This document shows positions 36,562 to 46,218 of a stretch of DNA of 64,000 nt, piece after piece. The translations under genes were made by a program, and so were the position numbers. The notes beneath the pieces were generated by a model that was not told the origin of the DNA, searched no databases, and was given only the letters and a program-made list of their open reading frames with translations. Location of the stretch: the IMG/VR virus record IMGVR_UViG_3300037116_000299, positions 62,001 to 126,000 of that record; one strand, 5' to 3'. Within the stretch, counting starts at the first letter, position 1. The number at the start of each line of letters is the position of its first letter.

Positions 36562-37776
36562 CTACTCGAGGTCGGTATCGGAGCAGCGGACGGGAATGAC
36601 CCGTACGCCATGTTCACGCCACATCTGAACCACACAGAGCCTGTCGTCAATCGCAAATGCGATCTCCGCTTTGCAGGCCAGCATCTGTTCGAGGATCGTG
36701 GCTTTCACATCGACATCGGTGATGTGGGCCGGTTCTTTGCGCATGAACAAGTGGTCGAACGGCACCATGTGTTTGTCCAGCGACTCCAGGGTCTCGCGAC
36801 CACAGCAGTTCATGTCGCGGCCGCTGACCAGGATGATCATGAAGCCCAGGGCACTGAGAGAGTGCAGCCAGTTCAGGATGATCTCGACCGGTTCGTCGTT
36901 GATGCACTCCTGCAGGAACTTGTAGTGATCCTTCTTGGCTTTGCCTGTGCCCTGGCAGATCCCGCATGGCATAGCGCCCGGGTCGTCCAATGCCTTCCCG
37001 GTGCCATAACATGGAGTGCAGATCCCGCTCACCAGGTGCTTCCGGTGATCCAGGTTGAACAGCGTGCCGTCGAGGTCACAGACCACAGCCGGATGGCCGC
37101 TCAGATCCAGGCGCCCGCTCAGAAGGTACTGCCGCTCGATCACCGGGCGGCCGACCTGTCTGCCTTCGAAGCGCATGGCGTCGCGGGCAATGCAATCCGC
37201 GATCGGGGTGTCGATGAACTTCACCTCGGCCTTGCGGAAGCACAGCTCTTCGGCGTAATCGAGCCACATCTGCCGGTGACCCGGGGTCAGGTTGGTGTCG
37301 TCGATGATGACATCCCTACCCTGTTCCCGCGCCGCACGGACAATGGCCTTCTCAGCCTCGATGATGAACTTCTCCTTCGAGGCAGCCCAACGAGGGATGG
37401 TCATCCGACGGATGTCGTCCCGGTTGATCCGGACCGCATGCCCGTTGTCCTGGATGTGCTTGAACGCAACCGTGGACTTGCCGCTCCCGGAAGGGCCGGA
37501 CAGGATGGTCATTCGGCCAATTGGAGTCGTGCCGACCTTCAGGAAGATCGCCTTCTCTGCCTCATGTGTCAGCTCACCGCCAACCAGTCTAAGACCAGTC
37601 GCACCATCGGGTAACACGTGACGGATGCCTTCCGGCGTCATCACGTATTCGTACGCCCCGTAGGGCTCGCCGATGGCTTTTACGTCGAGGAACGTGCCGC
37701 CAAAGTAGTCCGGGATCTCGATCCGGCCGGTCTTGAATGTTGCTGGTCTCATTACTCGTACCTCGTTGCTGTTCAT
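36562..37776 (-). CDS. pseT: polynucleotide 5'-kinase/3'-phosphatase (T4 PseT-like) with inserted Zn finger
   Basis: GPSGSGKST, NRDDIR, IIDDTNL; HAD motifs DLDGT, SGR and IDDR. Confidence 0.88.
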   Translation of the reverse strand: MNSNEVRVMRPATFKTGRIEIPDYFGGTFLDVKAIGEPYGAYEYVMTPEGIRHVLPDGATGLRLVGGELTHEAEKAIFLKVGTTPIGRMTILSGPSGSGKSTVAFKHIQDNGHAVRINRDDIRRMTIPRWAASKEKFIIEAEKAIVRAAREQGRDVIIDDTNLTPGHRQMWLDYAEELCFRKAEVKFIDTPIADCIARDAMRFEGRQVGRPVIERQYLLSGRLDLSGHPAVVCDLDGTLFNLDHRKHLVSGICTPCYGTGKALDDPGAMPCGICQGTGKAKKDHYKFLQECINDEPVEIILNWLHSLSALGFMIILVSGRDMNCCGRETLESLDKHMVPFDHLFMRKEPAHITDVDVKATILEQMLACKAEIAFAIDDRLCVVQMWREHGVRVIPVRCSDTDLE

Positions 37777-38501
37777 CGGGCCATCTGCATGTTCTTGGCG
37801 AAGTCGCCGCTGTGCGGGATGTCGTCAAAGATGATGGGAAACGTCGCCTTGAACTGATCCAGCAGACTGTTGCGCAGGATCTCGCCGCTCTCTGAGATCG
37901 CGTCGTTGTTGGTGACATCCAGCATCTTCGGATGGCACTGAGTCGTTGTCCTGGTCAGCAGGAAGTGACGCCAGGCCTGGAAGTTGCCGATGCAGGTGAG
38001 CAGACTGGCCGTCGCCCGCGGCAGAAGATCTGCCGCGATCTGAGGCTTGGCATCGGCCTTCAGCATGTCGAAGTAATAGGTCTCGGCATACGTCATGCCC
38101 ATCGTCCAGATCTGATCCTGCAGCGTGGTCAGGTTGCGCGGCTTGATGAAGCCGACGCTGCTGCCGAACTTGTCCTTGACGTAATTGCAATAACGCTGCG
38201 ACTCGTGCTGGAAGTCCAGCGTCTTGCCATGACGGGTGATCTCCTGGGCGACGCCGCGGTCGACCATAAAGTCGACCACCACTGCCGAGAAGCGCAGCAT
38301 GGACGTGTGCCGGCTGGCCAGCGCGTGCTGACCAACGAACTGCTTGTAGGAGTCCAGCGTGCTCGCGCCTTCGGAGCGATAGCACTTGCGGCCCGTCTCT
38401 TCGATGAAACGAACAGCTTGAACGCCTGCGTCTGCTTCGGCGGGGAACGATTCTTCGCCCATGAAGCGAATGATCTTCGCGTAGGGAGTGACAATATGCA
38501 T
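37773..38501 (-). CDS. thyX: flavin-dependent thymidylate synthase
   Basis: GRKCYRS, DRGVAQEITRH, ESQRY, A..LLP, N...WRHF...R...HP.M. Confidence 0.85.
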   Translation of the reverse strand: MHIVTPYAKIIRFMGEESFPAEADAGVQAVRFIEETGRKCYRSEGASTLDSYKQFVGQHALASRHTSMLRFSAVVVDFMVDRGVAQEITRHGKTLDFQHESQRYCNYVKDKFGSSVGFIKPRNLTTLQDQIWTMGMTYAETYYFDMLKADAKPQIAADLLPRATASLLTCIGNFQAWRHFLLTRTTTQCHPKMLDVTNNDAISESGEILRNSLLDQFKATFPIIFDDIPHSGDFAKNMQMAR

Positions 38502-38549
38502 GTGTTTACCTTAGAAACTTAGGAGGGATTTGGGACTAGGGTGAACTAC

Positions 38550-39104
38550 TTAGGCAGCTGCCAGGATGGCCTTCTGCTTGTCGCTGTAGAAAGCGATCAG
38601 CTTCTGCATGACATCCTGTGCAGACTGGACCGTCAGGGTGCCTTTGCTGTGGACTCCGATTGGAGTGCCGATGCCACGGCAGATCCGAATTCCCTGCCCT
38701 GTTCCGCCGCCGCCGTCGCGGCCGGGCAGAGCCAGGCACGCTGTCGCGCCGTCCACGATCCCATAGTTGCGGGCATGCAAGGCAAAGGGGCCGCGCGACA
38801 AAGCCGCAGGATTGGGATGGTACTTGGTGACCGACTCAGTCCAGAGCGGATGGTGCTTCGGGTCATAGACCGTGCAGGCCGCCAGCGACGGAATCTTGTT
38901 CCGGTTGTAGCTGCCCCAGGGAAGAAATACGTCCAGCAGTCCGGGCTTGGCGCCCATCATGGCCAGGTAATCGATGCCGTCGGCACCGCCGGTACGGATC
39001 CTGACGCCTAACTGCGTGCTCAACGTCCAGGCAACCTCCTGGGCCAGGTCGATCTGAAACAAGTCCGGTTCGCGCGTGCCAATGATTGCCAGGCTCAGGT
39101 CCAT
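38550..39104 (-). CDS. SLOG/DprA-like Rossmann-fold protein
   Basis: AIIGTRE, RTGGADGID, FLPW, HARN, GGTGQGIR. Confidence 0.75.
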   Translation of the reverse strand: MDLSLAIIGTREPDLFQIDLAQEVAWTLSTQLGVRIRTGGADGIDYLAMMGAKPGLLDVFLPWGSYNRNKIPSLAACTVYDPKHHPLWTESVTKYHPNPAALSRGPFALHARNYGIVDGATACLALPGRDGGGGTGQGIRICRGIGTPIGVHSKGTLTVQSAQDVMQKLIAFYSDKQKAILAAA

Positions 39105-39971
39105 CAGTCTTCGTCCTCGTCTTCTTCGTCCAATGGAGAATCAGGCAGGTCCAGGAAGGTGGTATCCGCCCCGAGAGCCTCACAGATCTTCGTGGCTTCT
39201 GCTGTCGTACAACCATCTTCGAAACGTACGACCTCGTCGTTCTCGCCCATGACTTCGAACTGTTCCACCAGGCATGGGCCGCCGTCGGTTGTCCCGACCG
39301 CGCGTGCCAGGACGTCGCCCCAGGCGAAGTATTTCCCCTTCTCAACTTGCACGGTTACTCCTTTGCTATCCCGATCGCCCCAACCTCAGCGATTCCATGG
39401 TGAAACACCAGGCGTGGTTGCTCTTGCACACGTTTACAGCCCCAGCCGTTGTTGCACTTGTGATCGCAGCCGCTGCACTTCCGAAGCCAATACAACAGCC
39501 AGACCATGAACGCCAGGTACAACCCGGCGCCCACAGTCAGCAGAGATTTGGCCAGTAACACGAAGGTGTCCATGGCTACAGAACATCGGCGCGTGCCGGA
39601 TTGTCCTCGTCGTCGTCATCGTCATCGTCTTCCGGCTCGGCTGCTTCATCCTCGATGATGGTGAACTCGCGGCAGCCAATCCCGGTGACCTTACGAAAGG
39701 CATCGTCGAGACTGTCCATCGTGGCCTGGGTGTTGCTGTCGTCTGCGATGACGTTGCCGTTCAGCAGCATCTGGCAGTCGTTGAAAGCATGCTCGACCGC
39801 GTCGAGCAGGATGTCCAGTTTCTTCAACCGGGGCACACCAGCCAGCAGCGTCTCGGCATCAAAGCCGACGATCGTTGCACCTTGCGAGTCTTCAACCCAC
39901 TGGATGATCTCCTCAGCCAGCTTGTCCGAGATGGTCCGGGGCTCCGGGGTAGTGATTTCCAACTTCGACAT
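39104..39971 (-). other. three short hypothetical genes, two with acidic tails (39104-39352, 39355-39573, 39576-39971)
   Basis: Coupled ORFs. Confidence 0.5.
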
Positions 39972-39982
39972 TCCGTTTCTCC

Positions 39983-40375
39983 TCAGGGCTTTTCAACCCA
40001 GCTCTTCAAACCCCACGGCGCCCACTCTGGGTCGAACTCGCAGTTATTTGGCGCGCCCTCAAACATGGGCGCAATCTGCTCATTCTTATACCCGGCAAGT
40101 CCACAACCAATGCGCGTGATGGCGTAGGTGTCATACGGGCTTTGCCGCGCCTCGTCCAGCATTACCCGAATGGAAGCCGCGATCACCGGCAGTGGCAGGA
40201 TAGGATATTTCTCCCGCAATGCCTCGTTGCGTGCACCCTTGGTGGGAATCGCATACGACTGGCCCTGAAAGCCAGATGGGTTGTGCTGCCGGGCACCATA
40301 GTGCTCCTTGGCGTAAAGCGCTGCGCCCTTACCATGGTGGCCACTCAGGTTCGAGCCGAAGACAATGATCTTCAT
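39983..40375 (-). CDS. macro-domain-like phage protein (A1S_2505-type)
   Basis: VFGSNLSGHHGKGAA, GQSYAIPTK, TRIGCGLAG. Confidence 0.7.
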   Translation of the reverse strand: MKIIVFGSNLSGHHGKGAALYAKEHYGARQHNPSGFQGQSYAIPTKGARNEALREKYPILPLPVIAASIRVMLDEARQSPYDTYAITRIGCGLAGYKNEQIAPMFEGAPNNCEFDPEWAPWGLKSWVEKP

Positions 40376-41374
40376 GAAGCAATCTCCTCAGTTACGGTGA
40401 CGGTCGTAACCCTCACCAAGCGCTTGGGCAAAGAGTCCTCGCGCTTCCAGCGTTTCAGCCACAAGTGACCTTCCTTCAAGGTCTCCGGCCGATCGCGCAG
40501 CAGTTCCATTGGACCGTTCGACGTGATCACCTGGATCTCAAGGTGCTCCTTCAGTTCAATCTTCGGATTCACTGATCCTCCTTGGGGCGATCTTCAGCTT
40601 GGCACGCTGTCTTACCACCGACTGCTCATGCGCAGCCTGTGCTGCTGCCGCTGTACGTGCCGCTCTACAGTCCGGACAGGGTTGCCACTTGTCGTGCTTC
40701 CGACAACGCTCTTCTTCATCGCGTGAGTAAAGTCCATACATTCAGCGCACTCTCGCATATTGCCCGCAACCAGGACAGTAGACGCCGGTCCAATCAGTCA
40801 ACGCGGTCTTGAAATGGACCTGGGCGCCGCAGCACGGTGTTGCTGTCTCATAGGGAACGGATTTAGGCACAAGTGCAGCTTCAACAACCAGGTTCAATAG
40901 GGTCACGATGTTCTCTTTCTGCACAGTAAAGCCGCGACCATGGCCGCGGCGATAAGGGGAACCACTTAGACTGGGCTAGCGCAGACCGATGAGGAACGGC
41001 ATTCGAGCCTCAGCATCAGCCTTAGTGCGCGACGTAGTCGCCTCCATGGCGCGGCCATTGTCATCCAGCAACATGTACCGATAGCTCGGCATGTACTCGC
41101 TGGTGAGAGCTGAAAGGTTGAGGGCCGCTCGCTGGGTCGACCCTTTCGGATGGTTCAGCGCTTCAAACGTGCGCCTCACTGCCATCATGATGTAGCCACC
41201 ATTTCCTCTTCTGCCGGAGCACTAGCCCCGCTTCGTGATCGCTTTCCCGATGATCAGCACGGCAATGATGGCTACCGGGATGCTGATGACCGACGCAGCG
41301 CACATTAGGGCAGGAATGATGATCCAACCCAGGCACACAAGGACGATGAATCCCAGGAAAACCCTGCCCATGCT

Positions 41375-42343
41375 TCACCTCTCTGTGAGTACCTGGCGAT
41401 GCGCAGTGCGTGCGCACTTCACCACCAGGCCTCCGAATTTGACTACGACATACTTCGACGCCAGCGAACCAGGCACGCCCATCTGGAAGATGCGCGGACT
41501 GGGATCCGAGAGCCAGTGATACTCGATCAGGTCTTCGGTCACGATGTAAGCCGGCAGGATTGCCGAACCAGAGCCAGGCGTTCCGGTATAAGACAGCGTC
41601 CAATCCGGAATCAAAGGCAGCTTACCCGCCTGCGTTGTCAGAACCTTGACGCTAAAACCTGACTCCAGCTGCACGGGCTCGAGGACGACATTCAACTCCG
41701 TCTTCAGCTCCCGGTCGATCAGATCGAGCAGGACCGGGTTGCCGTAGATAGCCGTCGGCCGCGTGCCCATTGATGCCCCGTTTGCCATCATCTCCGCCAC
41801 AGCATGCTTGATGCCGTCGACGATGCCCTGGGTCGTTCCGATGGTGGTCGTATTGCCGCCAGCTGCAATCTGCGCGGCCGCCCCGTAATACTCGGCAGTG
41901 GTAGGCGCGGTGAGACTGGTGTCGCTGCCGTTCCAGAGAGCAACGTCATGCGTGCGCATGACTCCGTCGACCGTATCAGCCAGGTCCTTGGCCTGCAGAT
42001 ACGCGAATTGGGATTGCTGCTTGCCCAGCTCCATATCGAACAGGTTGTAGTTGATCTCGGCCACTATTGCCTTCAAAGGCACCGACCGCTCCCGGCGAGC
42101 CGGGTTGTACCGCACGCGGCCAATACCCGGCATCCCTTCTTTATTGGCCGGGATGTCTTCATACGGGGTGTCCTCGAAGAAACGCGAGGGATGCCCCGTA
42201 GCCGGCACACACTTGATCCTCTGACCGAACATGCCGCGGCGGCGGACGATGTCGGTGATCTCCGACTGATACAGTGGGACTTCGATGGCGCCAGGCCCGA
42301 TGTACTCGGCCGCTGCGTGGATCTCGATGAACTTTCCTTGCAT
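41375..42343 (-). CDS. HK97-fold major-capsid-like protein (orphan)
   Basis: 322 aa; GAIEVP...EITDIVRR, ATGHPSRFFE, RPTAIYGNP, TQAGKLPLIPD, PRIFQMG resemble a capsid family recalled from prophages. Confidence 0.6.
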   Translation of the reverse strand: MQGKFIEIHAAAEYIGPGAIEVPLYQSEITDIVRRRGMFGQRIKCVPATGHPSRFFEDTPYEDIPANKEGMPGIGRVRYNPARRERSVPLKAIVAEINYNLFDMELGKQQSQFAYLQAKDLADTVDGVMRTHDVALWNGSDTSLTAPTTAEYYGAAAQIAAGGNTTTIGTTQGIVDGIKHAVAEMMANGASMGTRPTAIYGNPVLLDLIDRELKTELNVVLEPVQLESGFSVKVLTTQAGKLPLIPDWTLSYTGTPGSGSAILPAYIVTEDLIEYHWLSDPSPRIFQMGVPGSLASKYVVVKFGGLVVKCARTAHRQVLTER

Positions 42344-42355
42344 GACTGCTCCCTG

Positions 42356-42568
42356 TTACGTGTGGAATCCTGTTGTGCGGCTGTTCTCTACTTTGACCAG
42401 GCGCGTCTCCTCGATCCACACGCTGCCGATGATGACACCGTCGGTGGAAAGGGTCTGCGGATGGATACGGATCTGGGTAGCTTCGTGCAGCGCGGTCATG
42501 CGTGCGAGCGCGACGCCCTGAAAGCTGGTGACTGTGTCCTTTACGACGTCGCCGAATTCGATTGTCAT
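42356..42568 (-). CDS. small SH3-like phage protein
   Basis: IEFGDVVKDTVTSFQGV...W.EE.RL pattern. Confidence 0.55.
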   Translation of the reverse strand: MTIEFGDVVKDTVTSFQGVALARMTALHEATQIRIHPQTLSTDGVIIGSVWIEETRLVKVENSRTTGFHT

Positions 42569-42580
42569 GCGTCTACTTCC

Positions 42581-43273
42581 CTACGTTCTGTGACGAAAAG
42601 ACTGCTTCAGATCGAAGCCGGCTTTCACTATACGTTCCTTCTCACTGAGCACAGCAGGAGGGTTGATGTCCGGAGTGTTGTGCATCAGGTTGCCCATGAA
42701 GTAGGACAAGTCCTGGTACATGGCCTCGGGGCGCACAATCGAAGCCATGCCCAGATCCTTGAGGATCGGGCACTGACCAGCGATGCGAACCGTTGCATGG
42801 TCTCCCTTGAGGTTCCAGCTGATGCTTTCGATCAGGAAGACAGGCGCTTTGGCCAGCCGAGAAAGCTCAATCAGGAACGGATGCTCCGTGCGGCACTCGA
42901 TGCCGAATGATGTGGCCCTACTGGACCATGGATTCAACTTGAACAGCTCATCAGTCTCATCCGCGAGAACGAAACCCTCAGTTGCCGATTGGCAACTATC
43001 AGCCGGCCGGGAAACCAGGTAGAGCTTGCCAGCAGCCACCAGGTAGGCCACCTGAATGTCAGCCTGACGCTGAGCATACCGGTGGTTGAATGACGTAGGC
43101 GAGATCAGCGGACACTTGCTGACTTCGACCGTCAGATGGCTCTCGATGAAACCACCATCCAGAGTGCCCAAGGGAGCGAGACGAGTCCTCGCATACACCA
43201 CCCTCGGATCGCCGCCGCCGTACATGCCGGCGACGTAGTCGTAGTAGTCCTTGAACTTCGATTTGATGATCAT
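42581..43273 (-). CDS. conserved phage protein
   Basis: MIIKSKFKDYYD start and GFDLKQSFR end. Confidence 0.65.
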   Translation of the reverse strand: MIIKSKFKDYYDYVAGMYGGGDPRVVYARTRLAPLGTLDGGFIESHLTVEVSKCPLISPTSFNHRYAQRQADIQVAYLVAAGKLYLVSRPADSCQSATEGFVLADETDELFKLNPWSSRATSFGIECRTEHPFLIELSRLAKAPVFLIESISWNLKGDHATVRIAGQCPILKDLGMASIVRPEAMYQDLSYFMGNLMHNTPDINPPAVLSEKERIVKAGFDLKQSFRHRT

Positions 43274-43858
43274 GGGCGGAACTCGATGCCTTCCGACTCA
43301 GCCCAGGCTTTGGCCTCCGGATGCGCTGCCTCTGACGTCGCGAAGCTCCCGAAGCCCGAGTTCCAAGGTGTATGGCAACCACACTCCTCGTCCCAGGTCA
43401 GCAACACGGCAAAGTAGCCGCGCATGCCGTGGGTGATGGACACGTAGGCACGCTTGTCCTCGGCTTCGACCTCGACTGCAGGTCGAACCGAAGCGCGTTC
43501 CCGCGCGATCTGAGCGGCATACTGCTCGCCGGTTTCCGGTAGCAACTGACCATTGCCGTTGCAGAAGTTCCCGTCCACGTCTCTCATCGATCTCTCCAAT
43601 CCGATATCCACATGCGAACCCGAAGCCACGCCCATTCGAACCAGCCAGGCTCGTAAGGTACTTCCCAGCCATCCTGCGCCAGTAGCTGCGGGCGCCAGGA
43701 CTCTTCCACATCTTCGAACCAGGGATCGCCGGTTGGATCATCGCTGATCACGTGACGCAGCATTGTTCCGTTGGCCTCGTTGTACATAATCAGGCCGCGA
43801 GCGTCGTGGGTAATGACCGTGCCGCCCTTAGCGGCAGCCACGGCCTGAGCAGCGTTCA

Positions 43859-45466
43859 TCAGCGTCTCCAGCCCTGTGCGGCTATCAGGGCATACTTCGT
43901 TCGCATCATCTCTTCTTGATCGCCGCCAGCCAGGCTTTCGGCGTACATGTACAGGCCCGCTTCGGTGTTGCCCTTGCCCTCATGGAATCCCATGAAGACG
44001 CCGGCGCGTGGTGCACCGCGCGCAGTCAGCTCCTGCACCTGGATCTTGACCGTGGATCCCTGGACCAGCTCTCGATGGTTCCAGATCCACTCCCGTTGCT
44101 GATCCGGTATGGCGAATGAGCCAACCTCACCGATCGCACCGTTCGCGGGGTTCTGGACTACCAGCTTGCCGACAGAATCGGCATACTTCCCGGAGCCGGG
44201 CAGAACTTCCACCAGCACCAGGTCAGCAAAGTCCACCTGCTTGACCTTGAACCAGGTCTCGCCGGTGGGATCGCCGGCATCCTTGATCACGACGCCTTCG
44301 CCGAATGGCAGAGGCAGACGCACGATTGAGTTGTAGAACGCGACTGGGTCATCACCTGCATCCATCTTCTGGACCATGTCCCAGTTCCGGTTGTAAAACC
44401 GGATCTCACGAACTACTTTCTCAGCCAGGGCCCGGCGTTGGGCATAGGGTAAACCGCTTACGTCACGTCCTTTGTATTTGACCAGGTCCCAGCAGTGGGC
44501 CTGCACGGGACCGCGCTGAAGCTGCACATCTTGTGCGCGTCCGGGAAGCGCGTTGAGAATTCCCGCAACACGATGCACGCCGTCTGGGTGGACAAGTTCA
44601 ACCTTGCCGACAGTGCCGTCAAGATCGGGGTATGGCATGAGTTTGCGTGAGGACCAGTAGCGTGAGGTGTTGTGGAGATCTTCGAGTGCGGGAATTCGAT
44701 CATAGTAGGTCTGACCACCCTCCCGGTGGCTGTGAAATACTGCCTTGCCCTTGCCGATCTTGAAGTTGCCGAGCGATCCATCTTCCTTCTGCTCGACAAT
44801 CCAGCGCTCGCCGTTCGCATTGTCCAGGCGGACCTGATCCAGGAACGCCGCGGGCTTGAGCGAGTACGATGGCTTCTCGATCACCGGGCCTTCGTCTTTC
44901 AGCATCAGGGATAGAAATCCCTTGGCAGTCTTGACGATGGCGTAGCGGCCTTTGAAATCCCCGTTGGGGATGTTCAGCTCGAACTGCTCTGTTCCAGGCG
45001 GCAGGCCGGCAACTGCGAGGTCATAATGCAAGCCAGCAACGTCCGCGTCGTGGACGTGATATTCAACCCTTCGGAGCGATGTTTGTGCTCCGACTTTGAC
45101 AGGTATTCGGCCAGTAAAGAGAAGGCTCTTTCTTCCCTTACCGTAGCCGGACTCGATGACTCCATTGAATCCCTCCAGGGTATGCGGGCCATTCTCGATG
45201 ACCAGGTGGCGCTCGCCGGCCTTGGGCAGGCCCTTGGGCAGCGTGTACTTGGCGCCGGCCTCTGGGGGCCTAACACCGCCCAGAATACCGCCATCGACCG
45301 TACGGGCTGCCCAGAGGTTGCTGGTGGCCCATCGGCTGGCCTCCCGGCCCAGCGTGCGCGTAACGACGCGGCTGGTGCCCGGGAGCACGACAGCGCTCAG
45401 AAGATCAAGCGCATTCTCTTTGCCCCACAGAATCGCCGCGCGGGTGAGTGTTCGTACGAATCCCAT
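43859..45466 (-). CDS. ATP-dependent DNA ligase with N-terminal LigD-type 3'-phosphoesterase elements
   Basis: KEDG, WDL, EGVVIK, WFKVK, OB domain; HVHDA..LHYDL, LPKG and GYGKG. Confidence 0.82.
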   Translation of the reverse strand: MGFVRTLTRAAILWGKENALDLLSAVVLPGTSRVVTRTLGREASRWATSNLWAARTVDGGILGGVRPPEAGAKYTLPKGLPKAGERHLVIENGPHTLEGFNGVIESGYGKGRKSLLFTGRIPVKVGAQTSLRRVEYHVHDADVAGLHYDLAVAGLPPGTEQFELNIPNGDFKGRYAIVKTAKGFLSLMLKDEGPVIEKPSYSLKPAAFLDQVRLDNANGERWIVEQKEDGSLGNFKIGKGKAVFHSHREGGQTYYDRIPALEDLHNTSRYWSSRKLMPYPDLDGTVGKVELVHPDGVHRVAGILNALPGRAQDVQLQRGPVQAHCWDLVKYKGRDVSGLPYAQRRALAEKVVREIRFYNRNWDMVQKMDAGDDPVAFYNSIVRLPLPFGEGVVIKDAGDPTGETWFKVKQVDFADLVLVEVLPGSGKYADSVGKLVVQNPANGAIGEVGSFAIPDQQREWIWNHRELVQGSTVKIQVQELTARGAPRAGVFMGFHEGKGNTEAGLYMYAESLAGGDQEEMMRTKYALIAAQGWRR

Positions 45467-45654
45467 GCGGTCCTCCTTCTGGGTGCTTTCGTTCCAAAGT
45501 GGAACGATTCTGACAACGTCGGAAGACTTTGCCGATCTCGGAGCGCAGCACGCTCCAGCTCATCTGGCGTAGCCGACGACGGTATGAATGTCTATGAATC
45601 ATGTCTGCTTTCTGGTTGTGCGGAGGCCGCCTCTCGACGGCCTCCACGGGTGGA

Positions 45655-46044
45655 TTACAGAGCGTCGAGCATCTTCTGGAGGTCCGCCAGAGACGTACCC
45701 TTCAGCTCTTCGTTCTGCTTGTCTGCGATCAGCGCCATGATCTGCTGCTTCTTCGCGCGAGTGTCGGCTGCCTTGGCTGCCTGCTCGGCTTCGGCCTTGC
45801 GTACGCCAATGACGTGCTTGACGATGTCGAACTTGAGCTGCGTGACCTCGTCGGTCTTCGGCGTGTCGATCACGAAGCTCTCGGTGTCGGTGTCCTTGAT
45901 CTGACGGTTCAAGCTCTTGGCGATGTTGTCCAGGCTGGCGCCGCCGTTGCGCACGGTGAGCGGTAGCGGCCAGAGATCCTCAACGGTGAGGAGACCCTTG
46001 GGCGAATCGAAACGGATTGCGAGGCGGGATGCTTTCTCGAACAT
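45655..46044 (-). CDS. conserved phage protein (coiled coil)
   Basis: MFEKASRLAIRFDSPKGLLTVEDLW.LPL pattern. Confidence 0.7.
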   Translation of the reverse strand: MFEKASRLAIRFDSPKGLLTVEDLWPLPLTVRNGGASLDNIAKSLNRQIKDTDTESFVIDTPKTDEVTQLKFDIVKHVIGVRKAEAEQAAKAADTRAKKQQIMALIADKQNEELKGTSLADLQKMLDAL

Positions 46045-46218
46045 GTGATTGCGCCCTCCTGAGGCGCGGGTTAGTAATCCAAACGACGATGTTCCAAAGC
46101 AGCAAGTTTGCGGTCTAGCTTGGACAGCAGCCGACGAACATGCCTTCGGATCGTTGAGGTAGTTGAGATCTCCTTGTCGAGCAGCGCACGCCGATGGCGC
46201 GCTGCCCGAGTCAGAGCC

